Shown here: positions 12,240 to 25,985 of the stretch, one piece after another
Position numbering within the stretch: position 1 is the first letter of the stretch
How the letters are laid out: every line of letters begins with the position of its first letter
Assembly (NCBI RefSeq): GCF_009914755.1
Contig: NC_060934.1
DNA from: the human T2T-CHM13v2.0 reference genome, Homo sapiens
Strand: one strand, 5' to 3'
Length of the DNA stretch: 64,000 nt
Translations under genes and position numbers: made by a program
Notes under the pieces: model-generated
The model's input: the letters and a program-made list of their open reading frames with translations, nothing else
Told to the model about the DNA's origin: nothing
Database searches by the model: none

Positions 12240-12322
12240 TTAGTGAGAAAAGGTGTCTTCCTGACTGAACCAGAGCCTTGACCTCAGCACCTAGTCTGCT
12301 CGAGGCCTCTGATGATGGGCGG

Positions 12323-12738
12323 TGACAGGGCTTGACTTTGTGTCCCCACCGGAATCTCATCTCGAATTGTAATCCCCATAATCCCCACATGTTGAGGGAG
12401 GGCCTTAGTGGGAGGTGATTGGATCATGGGGGTGGTTTCCTCCAGGCTGTTCTCATGATAGTGAGTGAGTTCTCATGAGATCTGATGGTTTTACAGGTGT
12501 TTGACAGTTCCTCCTTCTCTCTCTGTGTGTGTCTCTCTCACTCGCTCTCTCTCTGTCTCTCACTGTCTCTCTCTCTCCTGCTGCCTAGTGAAGGTACTTG
12601 CTACTTCTTCTGCCATCACTGTAAGTTTCCTGAGGCTTCCCCTGCCATGTGGAACTGTAAGTCAATTAAACCTCTTTCCTTTATAAATTACCCAGTCTTG
12701 GGTATTTCTTTATAGCAGTGTGAGAATGAACTAATACA
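12323..12738 (+). mobile_element. MSTA/THE1D-type MaLR solo LTR
   Basis: tg...tgtgtccccacc...aatctcatctcgaattgtaatcccc...aattaaacctctttcctttataaattacccagtc...ctaataca. Confidence 0.9.
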
Positions 12739-13160
12739 AGAGGTCTTCACATCTTCCCTGCATGGCCCTGGTGAGTTGTGGTCAGCTGTTGTATAGCAGG
12801 AGGGAGGTGGGCTCAGTCCCCTTCCTTGGTGCTTTCTGAAAAGGTTGCCCAAAAGAATCCTGCTTTCACTCGCCACATGATGCCCTGGTTTTTTTTTTTT
12901 TTGTCTCTCTCTCTCTCTCTGAATTCCCTTGACTTCCTTTATGTAAGAGCCAGCAAGCAAGGGGACAAGGAGGCCAAATTGGCTATACCTTGTGTTACTC
13001 AATCAGGAAATTTCTGGAAAACAGCATTTCAGTAAATGGGATCTTGAAATGCTAAGTGTGATACCTTTTTGTTATTGTTGTTTTTGCATAATCCTTAGAA
13101 GGATCTGACCACCATAGACTGAGGTCTGTGCTGTTCTGAAACCACTCAGAACCAAAGAGT

Positions 13161-13574
<414 letters not shown>

Positions 13575-13639
13575 CTAACATCTTGGCCTGGGGTCTTGTG
13601 GAGAGTTGAGGGACTTAAACAATTCAGATCCGAAGCCCT

Positions 13640-13666
13640 TGTGTGTGTGTGTGTGTGTATGTGTGT
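13640..13666. repeat. (TG)n microsatellite
   Basis: Directly visible. Confidence 0.9.
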
Positions 13667-14044
13667 TTAGCACTGACCTTCCATCTGTTGACAATCAAAT
13701 ACTGAACCTATTAAGAGCGGCAGGTCCCCAAGCAGGGAGGAAGGAAGGAATTTCCCATAATCTCTGGAGACAAAGGGCCTTTTGACTGCACCTGGGGGTG
13801 AATGGGGACCAGCCCGGGTCAGACGGAGCTGGGGATCAGATGAGCGGGAGAGCAGCAGGTGGGGGTGTGTGCACGCACCTAGCTGAGTTCTGATTTGCCA
13901 CATGAAGGGGAGTTGGGAGAAGGAGAACATAATAGAGACTGATTAGTCCTGAGAGACTCCAGAATCAGACACATGGGCCCCTGCCTGGTCTCCCTGAGCC
14001 CCCTGTATTTTCTCTTTCCCATCGTCTGTGCCTGTCTCTTTGCC

Positions 14045-14150
14045 TTTCTCTCCCACTAGCCTTTCAGTTTCTTGAGAGCAGGGGCTGTGTCTCCTCATGT
14101 TTGAATGGCCCAGCATATAGCAAACACTCAGCAAGCATTCATGGAGTAAG
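14045..14150 (+). mobile_element. L2 3' end
   Basis: ctcccactag...tcttgagagcaggggctgtgtc...cccagcatatagcaaacactcag. Confidence 0.6.
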
Positions 14151-14674
14151 TACAGAGACCCAGAAAGAGGAGTGCTCAGAATAGGACCACAACTCACGCC
14201 CACAGAGCCTTTGCATGAATTAGAAAAATGTCACCCTTACAGGCAGACACAGCTCAGTGGGCATACATAGTTTGGTAAGCGAAGAACCCCTCTCTTGGTC
14301 AAGTGTACTGTACAAGGTACGTTCTGAACAAGTACACACAGTGGTCATCCCTATGGCGTAGGTATCAGGGATGATGTCTCAGGACCCAGCCTTAGGGACA
14401 CTTTAGGCTGTGCTGTGCTGATGGGTGCTGGTCTCTCAGGGAGGCAGGAGATGGCTAAAGGCAACATCCTACCCCAGGTAACAACGCCCCCAACCTTAAG
14501 ATCCGCATACGGGCATTCGCCTCCGACAGCCTTGTCCAGTCTCCTCTTCCAGGGCCCTCTCTCTGCCCTGTCCGTTTATATTATTCTCTGGCTGTTCTCC
14601 TTCTGCATTGGACATTTGGTCCCCACTGGGGCTTATTTTGGCACATCTTTAGTAGAGAGTTTACAGTAATCTTT

Positions 14675-14830
14675 TGGTTCATCCAGACCTCAGTTGAAAT
14701 CCTGGTTCTGCCCCTAACCCACTGTGAGCTCCTGGGAAGATGTTTTAATTCTCCAAAGAAGTCATCTCAGCTGCACAATGGGGACATGTTGAGGTTATGT
14801 GGTGATGCCTCTGCAGGGCTCAGTATGTGT
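14675..14830 (+). mobile_element. MIR SINE
   Basis: cagacctcagttgaaatcctggttctgcccct...ctgcacaatgggga. Confidence 0.6.
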
Positions 14831-15261
14831 TGGACAGAGAAGCCGCTTCCTGAAAGCTCCGTGAGTCTGTACCAGAGATGGTGGCCCTGAAACCCACTTT
14901 GAGGGGTTCCTGCTTTACCATTTCTTTAGATTCCATTTCTTGGGGGTGGCCTCTACAGGGAGCCTTCTGGAATGCAATTCCTAGAGTGCTTCCTGAGAAC
15001 TCCAGGGTGAACTGCCCTAGACAGATCTCTCTGGAGAATGGGGGAAGGGTGCTGCCAAACTTCAGCAGGTTCCTGGGACTGATGTGACCTCAGGAGTGGC
15101 TAGAGGCCCTGGCTATGACGGGTCCCCTCCCACAGGCCTTCCACCCACCCCAACTGTCTCTCCCTTGTATTAGGAAGACTGGGGTCGCTGACTTTATCAA
15201 CGGAAGTGAGCTGAAATTGCAGTGAAGATTCTGCCTCTACATAAGGAAAATCTCGACAGTC

Positions 15262-15370
15262 ATGCAGAGCCAGAAATGTCCTTAGAAAGTGTCTAGTCCT
15301 TCCCCCTTTGCTTTGCAAATCAGAAAACAGGACCCGGGAGGTTAAGAAATTTGTTTAAGGCTCAGTACCC
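15262..15370 (-). mobile_element. MIR3-like fragment
   Basis: ccttagaaagtgtctagtcc...ttgcaaatcagaaaacaggacccgggaggttaag. Confidence 0.5.
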
Positions 15371-16230
15371 CTTCTGCTATATCCCAGGGCCTCCCTTAAC
15401 TGTGAGATTGTTTACACTCTAAACTTGCCCTGCCATGGGATTGTGTTATAAAAATTGTTGAAAATGTGATAGCAACCCATGTTTAAGTTTCTGAGGGGTT
15501 GCAGGAAGGCCTTGCCCAATCCCGCCCCTCCCCTTCATGACCACATTCGTCTCCCACTCTTCTCCCTGCAGACCATCTCTGATCGTCACACACACAGGCA
15601 CCACTTTCATTCTTGTTTGCAGGTGCTTGTTTCAGATGGCTTGGGGCTAGAACCCAGGGAAGCAAAGGGAGCCAGCGTTAGCTGGGGGCCCACTGTGTGA
15701 TGGATATTATGGTAGATTCTTCACACATATAAATGTCCTCATTTAATCCTCCCAAGCACCTTAAGGTCAGCTGAGAATTGTTATAATGGATGGTTATTGA
15801 TTTAATGATTAAATGAATGGAAGGATGACTTACTGTTAATTATATAATACTTATTATTTTGCTTGGCCCATATCATCTGCATTGCTCTGAAGGATTCTCA
15901 TCCTTTTGCTCCTTTTCCTCCTGTTTTCTTATCCCTGTGGTACCTATTCTGAACGAACCATAAGCCTGTGGATCTAGTGAGAGAAACACATTCGTATCTC
16001 TGTTGATTTGTTGATTTGAAGAACCCAAACCTCAGAGTATAAGAAGAAGATTTGGTGTATTTCTCAACTCACAAATCCTGCAATCCTAGCATATAAACAA
16101 TAATCTGTATATTCTTAGCTTTCCAGAGAGACAGTGGGACAGGTCAAAGGAGTGAGTGATTCTTCTTCCTTCTTCATGGATGTTACATTTCCATCAAGTG
16201 GGTGATAGAAAATTACCCTATACAGAGTAG

Positions 16231-16571
<341 letters not shown>

Positions 16572-16769
16572 TGTGTTTCAATTTCTATTTTGGCCAGCTA
16601 TTTGTATGATTTATACTGACCCTTCCTGTTTCAGTTTATTCAGCTATAAAATGAGGCTATACTTTCTGCTTAGTTGGCTTCAAGGTTGTGATTTTCAAAA
16701 GATTTTGCCTTGTTTCAGCTGATTTTGTATGGTATGCTGGGAAAAGGTGCATAGGAGAAGGATGAGTTG

Positions 16770-16990
16770 ATAGACTTCAGTTCTAGTCTGAAATCAACTT
16801 CATACTTGATCTTCCATTCTTGACTCCAGAAGGTTCCCTGTAAAGTCCACCGTTCAAGATGGATCTGCCATTTCTCCACTTGCAAAATGGAAATAAGAAT
16901 GATCTCTATTACACTATCTTTGTATGTGATTGTAGATACTGAAATGAATTGTTAGAAACAAAAGTGCTTGAGAATGATAAAGTGCTACCC
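16770..16990 (+). mobile_element. MIR SINE (degenerate)
   Basis: tttctccacttgcaaaatggaaataagaat...gattgtagatactgaaatga...aaagtgcttg. Confidence 0.5.
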
Positions 16991-17407
16991 GTGCCAAGCG
17001 AGGGCTAATAATGATAATGCCAGTTGCTCATTCTGCAAAAGTTTCTTTAGCTTGTGGATGACTCATTTGAAAATGGAAATTATGTGGTTCTGTTTATTTG
17101 CTTCATATTTTGTGATTTAGTTCTCAATTTGGCACACAGGCAGACAGTTTAGGAGGATCCAACTATTTTCAACAAATACTGTTATTATTTCCTAAAGCCT
17201 CGGTCTCTGGGCAGTTTGAAATGTTGGTCCAAGTTCACCTATAGGCAAGGGGTATTTGTTGAGCCTCAGAGGGAAGAGAAGCTTTTTTCCAAGGTGGGAC
17301 TGGGGTGCAGCAAGGGAAAGCAGAGACAGACAAGAAGAGGAAGAAGGTGCCAAGAATTAGAGCTTGTCCATGGAGGCAAGCCAGAGATGAATTAATCATG
17401 ACATGCT

Positions 17408-17477
17408 GAAAAAAAAACAAAAAAAACAAAAAAAAAACCAAAAAAAAAAACCCAACAAAAACCCCCACAGCAAACAA
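17408..17477. repeat. A-rich low-complexity tract
   Basis: (A8-9C)n-like. Confidence 0.85.
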
Positions 17478-18129
17478 ATGATCCTGGCTTTCATTTACCA
17501 GTCAATCAAATGGCAAAGAAACCTTATGCCTCTGTGATGAGGAAACCAGATCTTTCATCCAGTTGGGTCTGCTGTGAGTCAAGGGGAAGAGACAGTGTAA
17601 TGACCAGGCTTGACCATGACCATTTGGCTTGCAGCAATCATCAGAGCCTTGGACTGCAGTGAGAAAGACCCAAGGATGAGCAGGGAGCCACACGCACTGC
17701 CTCATGCTCTGTGCAATGTAAACAGTGGTACATCTGGGCACCTCATGTTCTTATACCTTGGAGTGGAGTAGAAACCAGCCTGTGCAAAGATGAGCCAAGC
17801 CTGGGGAGTGATTTGGAAGAAGCAGCAGATGATGAAAATGTTTAGATAGGGCAGTGTCTCCTCCAGAAAGGGGGCGCAGGGTTGCATATTTCCATAGACC
17901 TGAGGGTTGCAATCTTTCTAAAGCAGCCTGCTCTGGCTTCATTCACTCTCTGGCAATGGGGAGTGAAAATGGGGAAGAAATCTGAGTAGTGTTGGTGGTG
18001 GTGGTGATGGTGGCAGTATCCATAGAAGCTGTGTGGGGAGTTTATTGACCGAGGCAGACAAAGTGTGATAGTAGTTACTGTTCCTGTCTGCCAAGCACAC
18101 ATGCATTCTCCTTCCCTCTCTCTAGTAGC

Positions 18130-18570
18130 ACAAACTGCCTTCCATGTAGCTGGGTCTACATCAGTCCCAACACTGCCTTTTCCTGGCCATATGATTGGCT
18201 AAGGAATTAGCATATGTCCCAACCAGGGCCAATTGGAGTCCTTCCCTGAGATCGATATATGGATGCTGGGAGAAAAAAACTGGCCTGCCTTCTGGTGAGA
18301 GAGTTAAGCTTTGAAGCTGTAGTTTTGGAGTTTCTGGTGGTGAGCTTTCTCACTTCATGGAGAAGGCCTGTCCACTGCAGGAAAGAATAAGATCATCATT
18401 CAGAGTAGCCGAGCTGAGAGATAAAGAGCCTGATGACATCATTTCAATCCCTGGATCCAATCATGATAGAGGCTAGATGTGTCCCTACTTTCCCAGTTAA
18501 ATGAAACCCAAAAGTCTTTCTGTTTGTATAAGCATATTTGAGCTGGGTTTCTGTCACCTGAACCTAGACA
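18130..18570 (+). mobile_element. old MLT1 (J/K-like) LTR
   Basis: ctggatccaatcatg...taagcatatttgagctgggtttctgtcacctgaacc 3' signature. Confidence 0.65.
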
Positions 18571-18904
18571 GTCTGGAGGAGGACAGTGTGGAGGCAGGGT
18601 CAGGGGAAGGCAGGATTGAGCAGGAGAGAAGTCAAAGGGAAGGAAGCATGAGTAGTAGCCTTCTGTAGGAAGCTGGGAGCTCACTCTGGTTTTCTGAGGC
18701 TTCATGAAGCCTGAGCTCTGAGAAAGGACGCTCACTGTAGAAAGACACCTCTGCTTTTGTTGAGGAATCAGTCCCTGGCTCCTGGAATGTGGATATCTAC
18801 ATATATTCAGGTTCTGTACCTCCGTCCCCTGCCAGGCCACTCCTTGGCCAACCAAAAAAACCCATGAGGAATGTCATTAGTTAAGATGCTGAGGTTAGGC
18901 AGGT

Positions 18905-19120
18905 GAGCTTGAGAGTCAGACAGACTTTGATTTCTAACCTCAGTCCTTACCAGCAGAATGGCCTTGGACAGATGACTTAAGCTCTCTACCACAGTTTCCT
19001 TGTCTCTCAAAAGAGGCTGATAGTTAGAGCCATCTCAAAGGATTGTTGTGAGAATCCAGTCAGCCAATGGATGCCCAGAGCTTTGCACCATGGGAAACAC
19101 CCAATGGTAATGGCTATTCA
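18905..19120 (+). mobile_element. MIR SINE
   Basis: gagtcagacagactttga...ccttggacagatgacttaagctctc...ggattgttgtgaga. Confidence 0.7.
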
Positions 19121-19289
19121 ATTCCCATGAATGGGGGAATGTATGAGGTGGATTATGAGACCCCCAGCAATTCAGTGCATGAAGGCGATAATATGGAAGA
19201 ACCCCATTAGTATACTGTTAAGATTTTTTTGAGTGATAAAATTTTCGAAAAAAGTTTACTTAATTTTTTTTTTTAAAAAAGGAAGTTGG

Positions 19290-19780
19290 AAGGCATATAC
19301 TCCAAATAATGGAAATCAGGGACAAAAAGAGATACTTATATGCCCACATTCATAACAGCTTCATTCACAATAGCTAAAAGGTAGGAGCAACCCATGTGTT
19401 CATCAGTAGATGAGTGGATAGGTGACATGTGGCCTATAAAATAAATAATGTTCAGCCTTAAAAAGGAAGGAAATTCTGACACATGCTACCACCTGGGTGA
19501 ACCCTGAAGACGTTATGCCAAGTGAAATAAGCCAGTCACAAAAGGACACATATTATGTGATTTCACAGAAAGCAGAATGATGGTTTCCAGTGGCTGAGGG
19601 GAAGGGAGAAGGGGGAGTTATCATTTAATGGCTATAGAGTTCCAGTTTAGAAGGTTAAAATGAGTTCTGTGGATGGATGATGGTGATGGCTGCATAAGTG
19701 TGAGGGACTGTACTTAATGCCATGGAACTGTATCCTAAAAAATGGTTAAGATGGTATTTTACTATAATTTAAAAAATAAA
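19290..19780 (+). mobile_element. L1MB-type 3' end
   Basis: ttcacaatagctaaaaggtagg...aaaaggaaggaaattctgacacatgctac...aagtgaaataagccagtcacaaaaggac. Confidence 0.88.
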
Positions 19781-19836
19781 AGAAGACATTAGAGCCATAT
19801 GCATAGTCAGAATGCATTTTTATTTTAATGAAAGTA

Positions 19837-19875
19837 TTAGGTTGGTGCAAAAGTAATTGCAGTTTTTGCCATTAC
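19837..19875 (+). mobile_element. half MADE1 (Hsmar1-derived MITE; single TIR)
   Basis: ta+ttaggttggtgcaaaagtaattgcagtttttgccattac matches one arm of MADE1; second arm absent. Confidence 0.85.
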
Positions 19876-20119
19876 GTTCAAATACATACATTTTGTATAA
19901 GTATGGTGGGCAGAGGAAAGAAGGAGGAATGGACTGCATGCCAAATTGTTTACACTGCCTCTATGTGGGATTGGGGGACTGGAGGGAGAGGTGTCACTTT
20001 AGATACCTTAGTATTGTCTACAAATTATTACAATGATCAAATATTCTTGCCATTTCAATGACTAATATTAGATTATAATCATTTGCATCGAACTTTTACA
20101 CTTCGAAAGTGCCTTTGTG

Positions 20120-20760
20120 GCGTATAAAATGGTGCGGCCATTTGGAAAACAGCTTGGCAGTTCTTCAAATGGTTGAACATAGGCTTCACATACAATCCAG
20201 CAGTTTCTCTCCTAGATATACACTGAAGAAAGCTGAAAACATCTGTCTACACACAAATGTGCACATGAATGTTCATAATAGCATTATTCATAATAACCAA
20301 AAGTGCAAAGAGCTCAAATGTCCATCAACTGAATGACAAATGAACGGATAAACAAAATGTGGCATGTCCATATGATGGAATATTATTCAGCACTAAAAAG
20401 GGATGATACACTGACATGCTACAACATGGATGAAACTTGAAAACAATGTGCCAAGTGAGAGAGGCCAGACACAAAAAGACCACATATTGTAGGATTTCGT
20501 TTATAAGAAATGTCCAGACGAGGCAAATCTATGGAGATAGAAATTAGATTAGGGGTTGCCAGCGGTTGGGGAAACTGGAGGACAGAAAAAGCCAATGGGT
20601 GTGAATTTTTTTTAATTGCAGTAATGACAATGTCCTAAAATTGATGGAGGTGATGGAAGCATAACTCTGTGATTCTACCAAAGCTATTGAATTGTACACT
20701 TTCAATGGGTGAATTGTACAGTATGTGAATTATATCTCAACAAAGCAGTTATAAAAACAA
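20120..20760 (+). mobile_element. L1MB/MC-type 3' end
   Basis: tggaaaacagcttggcagttcttcaaatggttgaacata...ttgaattgtacactttcaatgggtgaattg...tcaacaaagc. Confidence 0.88.
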
Positions 20761-20964
20761 AACAAAATCACAAAATCTCTTTATAAGTCATACAATTGGT
20801 TACTTATACCAAGCTTAGGAGGCCAAAATTAAATGAAGAAATACACCTAAAGAGGCTTCAGATCTCTGGAGAAGGTTAAGTATGACAAAGCCTTGGCCTG
20901 GACTGGCATACTTTTTCATAATCCCCACCAGTAAAAATACCCCACGAAAGACAAGGTCAAAAGT

Positions 20965-21395
20965 CTCTGAGGGAGACAGCAACCCAAATGTTATGTTCCT
21001 CAGCGAAAAAATCAACAAACTGGTACATCCACACAACAGAACACTACTCAGCGATCCAAAGAAACACGTGACTCACACACGTGGCAACCTGGGCGATCTC
21101 AAATGCATCCTGCCGACAGAAAGAAGCCAGTTTAGAAGTCTAGATGCCACATGACTTCATTTATAGGACATCCTGGAAAGGGCAAAACCATAGGGATGGA
21201 CCACAGATCAGTGGTGGCCAGGGGGTTGTGGGGTGAGGGGAGGGTTTGATTTTCAAAGGGGAACAAAGGAACATTTTGGAATGACAATTTCTATATCTTG
21301 ACTCTGGTGGTGGTTACATAACTGTATGCAATTATCCAAACTCATAGCACTGTATGCTAACAATAGTAAGTTTTACTGTTTGTGGATTTTAACTT
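20965..21395 (+). mobile_element. L1M (MD/ME-type) 3' fragment
   Basis: aacaaactggtacatccacacaacagaacactactcagc...ggaaagggcaaaaccataggg...tatatcttgactctggtggtggttaca. Confidence 0.8.
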
Positions 21396-21412
21396 AAAAA
21401 TGAGGGAAAAGG

Positions 21413-21714
<302 letters not shown>

Positions 21715-24046
21715 AAAAATGAGGGAAAAGGACATGAAAAGCACACTTGGATGTTCAGCTCTGTGGACAGGCACTGAGAAGAGGTATCTGGTCAAAAAAT
21801 GGGGGCTGTCTGCAGGATGCTGTGACACTCAGGTGACCCATAGGTCAGCTGGGGCTTCCCTGTGCCTTGGAGCTCCAGCCTGTAAATCCCCAGGGCTTTC
21901 GCAGCAATGTCTGCTCCTTCCCAAGGCTGTTTGCGCTCGTGGTCCCTTGGCCTCTAGCATCTGCTCACACCGTGGGCTTTTTGCCCAGCAACACCCTGTA
22001 CTGACCTCTTCACTGGTTTCCCTGAAATCCAGGCACAACAGGCACTGAGAGCTTGTCTGGCTTCCCAGAAGCTAGGGATGGACGCCACAAAAAAGGGCAG
22101 CTCATACCATCCTTGTCTTCCTTTCTTTCCATTTCTGTTCCCCATTCCCTTCTCTTGGTTTGCTCCTGGGAACTCCAAATCCTTTGCCCTTTTTTATACG
22201 GAGCATTTAAGCTTTTCCCAGCTCTTCTTCCCCAGAGATGTGCTCCAAGCTGATCAGGTCCTCTGCAGAACCAGAGGACTTCTTTTCATTAAAGATCTCT
22301 TTACTATTATAAATTGCATCGCATTTTTTCCTATTATACTTGATAGTTGGGACCTGCCTAGTGCTCCTCAGCCTGGATGAGCAGCCCCATGCATTTCTGA
22401 GTTCCAGTCCTTCCAAAAGCCTTCAGAAAGCACCCAGCCCCAGTCCAGGCCTCTGCTCGCTGATGAGGTTGCTTTGCCATGTGCCATCTCTCTCCTGTGC
22501 AGCTACAACTGTCACTCCCAGATGCACTGAAAGGTCCCCACACTGGCTCTGTGACACTGCAGTTTCTCTCCTGCCTTCCAAATTCATTACAGCAATTTGC
22601 AGTTGGTATTTCCTCTTGTCCTTGCTTTTCTTTTTGCTCGCATCCCCCTTTCACTTCCTCCATTTGTCATCTCTGTCAGAAGACAGGCCCTGATTGTTCC
22701 AGGTCCATAGCTTCAGCCGAAGCAACTGCAGCCAGCCCCCATTACTGGGCTAATTAACTGCCGGGCTGCCTGAATTCCAAGGTCCTTCCAGGGAAGGGCT
22801 TGCCTGCTCCCCAAAGAGGCCACTCCGTCTGGCACTCTGGGAGCGCCGCTGCAGCACCCCAGCCCGGCTCCAGAAGTCTGGGCCTTCTTCCCGTTCCGAG
22901 AGCCCTTTCCCCTCATCTCTCAGAGAGTAAGCGTGAAACAATTTCCTCTTTTCACAGGGGCTCGGTGGCAGGCAGATTAATGAATGCGAGCCCAGCACAG
23001 AGGCCAGCCTGCCAAAACCGTCTGCAATGCATTCGGTTGTCCCCACGGCGGGCTGCAGGAGGGACAGTCAGAGGTGACAAAAGACACAGAGCTGCGCAGT
23101 CAAGTTCCCAGCAGCGGCTGCTGCTCCAATGTGACCTCAAATTCCACTGCAGAAATGATCTTCCATCTCCAGCTCCTCCAATGCCCAAGTCCAACACCCC
23201 CTCCCTGAAAGCCTCCACTCCGGAGAAGCCAGCTCTGAGCTCCTTGCTTGATGTTTTGTGAATAAAGGGCCAGCAACAGCCGGTGGCCCCTGCCATAAAC
23301 ACCCAGTGTCTAGCATGCTCCCATTAAGGCTTTGGCGTGGGGCTTCCATGGAGGGGCACAGAGATTATGAGGCCCTCTGGTTCGCAGGCTCTCCACCAGG
23401 CCCTCTGCTGCCTGCCTCTGTTATAAAACTGCAGGGCATGGGCGAGACTAGTTGGGTATTTTTAAGAGGCTGTTTTTTTCCTTTCCTTCAGTGCAGTTTT
23501 TAACAAACTAGTGTATAGAACTCACTCCTCAAAATGGGAAACAGATGGTCCTAGTGTGGACCTTGGGGATATTTGCTTTGGAAACGCCCAGCATGACAGA
23601 GTCTGTGAAAGAATTCTCAGCAGCTGGGTCCCGCTGGGCCCAGCCAAGTGTTCAGGGAGCCTGTTGCTCCCTGAAAAGGTGGTTGCCAGCCCTGGAGTTT
23701 CCCTGGAGGGCTTTGCAGCCATGACTGTGACAGCAGGAGCAGACGGTGATCTTGTGAGTTACTCCCTGCCCCCTGATGGAGTGGAATTGTTACTTTCCGT
23801 TTGTGGGTCAATATCCCTTCCCCCAAGGCTGGTTGATAACCGAAGTTAATCATATCTTGGCTTCTTCATGGCAGAATTCTCCAGCCTGTTGGGAGGGGTG
23901 CTCTTCTGTATAGGCCCCTGTGTCTGAGCTGCCCAGTTTAGATGCTCGGCTCCCGAAGGACAGATAGCTAAGGCCCAGCTAGTACCATGGCTAGGTATTT
24001 TTAAGAGGAAGTGGGATGAATTTACAAAGCCCAGAAACATTTTGGT

Positions 24047-24053
24047 CACACAG

Positions 24054-24087
<34 letters not shown>

Positions 24088-24140
24088 ACACACATATACA
24101 CACATGTAGACACACTCCAACATACACACATACCTCACAG
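24047..24140. repeat. (CA)n microsatellite with degenerate flanks
   Basis: Directly visible. Confidence 0.9.
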
Positions 24141-24269
24141 ATATTTTTGTTTTATCTTTGCCATATTCATGCTCCTTACATAACATGTGTTTTGACTTTT
24201 TAGGACTGGGACTGTTTCAGTTAGGAAAATAGCCAGGCTTCCAGATTGTCTCATTTAATGTTTCTAATT

Positions 24270-24640
24270 TTAAATTATCCTTTCATCTGATATCGATATT
24301 ACTACATCAAGTCTATTTTTATTTGCATTTGGTTGGCTTATCTGTTGTTATTCTTTTTTTTTAATTTCATGTCATTTTGTTTCCAGGTTGAATTGTGGGT
24401 AGCATACAGCGGGATTGTAAAAATCTGAAAGTTTTAGACTTTTTATAAAAGAATTTTATCCATTCACATTTATTGTGATTATAGATATGTTTAGACTTAT
24501 TTCTGAGATTTTATTTCTTGTTTTCTACTGGCTGTGAGATGTCTGTTGTTTTTTGTGTATTTGGATAGAGTTTTTGTGTTTTGGTTAAACTCTTTTTTTT
24601 CTCTAGTTTGGAATTTATACATGCTATTTCTCATGTTCTC
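24270..24640 (-). mobile_element. old L1M ORF2 5' fragment
   Basis: tctgatatcgatattactaca...tttatccattcacatttattgtgattatagatatgtttagactta. Confidence 0.6.
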
Positions 24641-24644
24641 AGAG

Positions 24645-24800
24645 TAAGAATGGCACTGGGCTGGGAGGTAAGAGACAGGCTCTATTTGCAACTTGGTCAT
24701 TAACTATGTGACTTTTGGGTAAGTTACTTTCCCTCTTTGGGCTTCAGGTACCACTACCATAATGAGATAGTTGGATTAAATGATTTTGAAGGCCTTACCT
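24645..24800 (+). mobile_element. MIR/MIR3
   Basis: cattaactatgtgacttttgggtaagttactttccctctttgggcttcag...ttggattaaatgattttgaagg. Confidence 0.65.
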
Positions 24801-25094
24801 AATCACATTGATGATTTGGTGGTTTAGAGAAGTCTAGAGGATAGAGGAAGTTTTGGTCTGTCCAGGGAATGTGAACTTTCAAAATTGGAGGGAACATTTC
24901 CACCACCACTCTTCAGTGAGGTATTATATCTGGTTGTCAGATGAACTCAAACTTGAGCTTTATTGGCATGGTTCATCTTTTCAGGCAACAATTGGGCTTA
25001 GCTCATCCCTCATTTGGGATGATCATAAGTGGGATATTTGTAACTTAGCAGTACCTATGTAAAAGTTTTCACTCCTAGACATGCTCACCAAATA

Positions 25095-25985
25095 TACTCC
25101 CCTAAATTTCCAAGCCCCCTTGCAGTTAGGTAGATCAGGTAATTAAGCCTTGCCAATGGACTATGAGCCAAAGTGATTTCACATTGTGGAAAGTGTTTCA
25201 CTTTTGGGTTAAAGCATTTAAGAACTAGTATCTGACCCTTAGTACTCTCTTCTCTGATGAAGTTACTGGTAACGGGTCCTAATCCAGACCCCAAGAGAGG
25301 GTTCTTGGAAAGAATTTGGGGTGAATCCATAGAGTAAAGTGAAAGTGAGTTTATTAAAAAAGTAGAGGAACAAAAGAGTGGCTACTCCATAGACAAAGCT
25401 GCCCCAAGGGCTACTGGTTGCTCATTTTTATGCTTATTTCTTGATTATATGCTAAACAAAGGGTGGATTATTCCTGCCACCCCTTTTTAGACCATATAGG
25501 GTAACTTCCTGAGTTTGTCATGGCATTTGTAAACTGTCATGGCACTGGTGGGAGTGTAGTGGTGAGGACAACCAGAGGTCACTCTCGTCACCATCTTGGT
25601 TTTGGTAGGTTTTAGCTGGCTTCTTTACTGCAAGCTGTTTTATCAGCAGGGTCTTTATGACCTGTATCTTGTGCCCATCTCCTATCTTATCCTGTGACTT
25701 AAAATGCATTAACTATCTGGGAATACAGCCCAGTGGGTCTCAGCCTTATTTTAACCAGCCTCTATACAAGATGGAGTTGCTCTGGTTTAAATGCCTCTGA
25801 CAAAGTGACCAAGGAGATATACAGATGACATAGCTCTATCAGCCTGGGTCTCTGAGTCACTGTGTGGACCATAGTTCTTTCTCTTTGATTTCCTTTGGAC
25901 ATACAATATTAACAAGAAACAAATTTATATTAAGCCACTGGGATTTTTTTTTTTAACAACAGTGTAACCTAGTCCATTCTAATAT
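25095..25985 (+). mobile_element. old MLT1 (I/J-like) LTR, split by MER41A
   Basis: ttccaagccccttgcagttagg...gccaatgga upstream; tcagcctgggtctctgagtcactgtgtgga...taagccactgggattt downstream. Confidence 0.7.
25261..25802 (-). mobile_element. MER41A solo LTR (ERV1)
   Basis: Minus strand begins TGTCAGAGGCATTTAAACCAGAGCAACTCCATCTTG and runs to CCAAGAACCCTCTCTTGGGGTCTGGAT; lacks the TTCCGGGAA-containing segment of MER41B. Confidence 0.9.

Noticed and set aside
17861-17880. CTCF-like AGGGGGCGC
   Set aside because: The 5' half (CAGAA) fits the CTCF core poorly.
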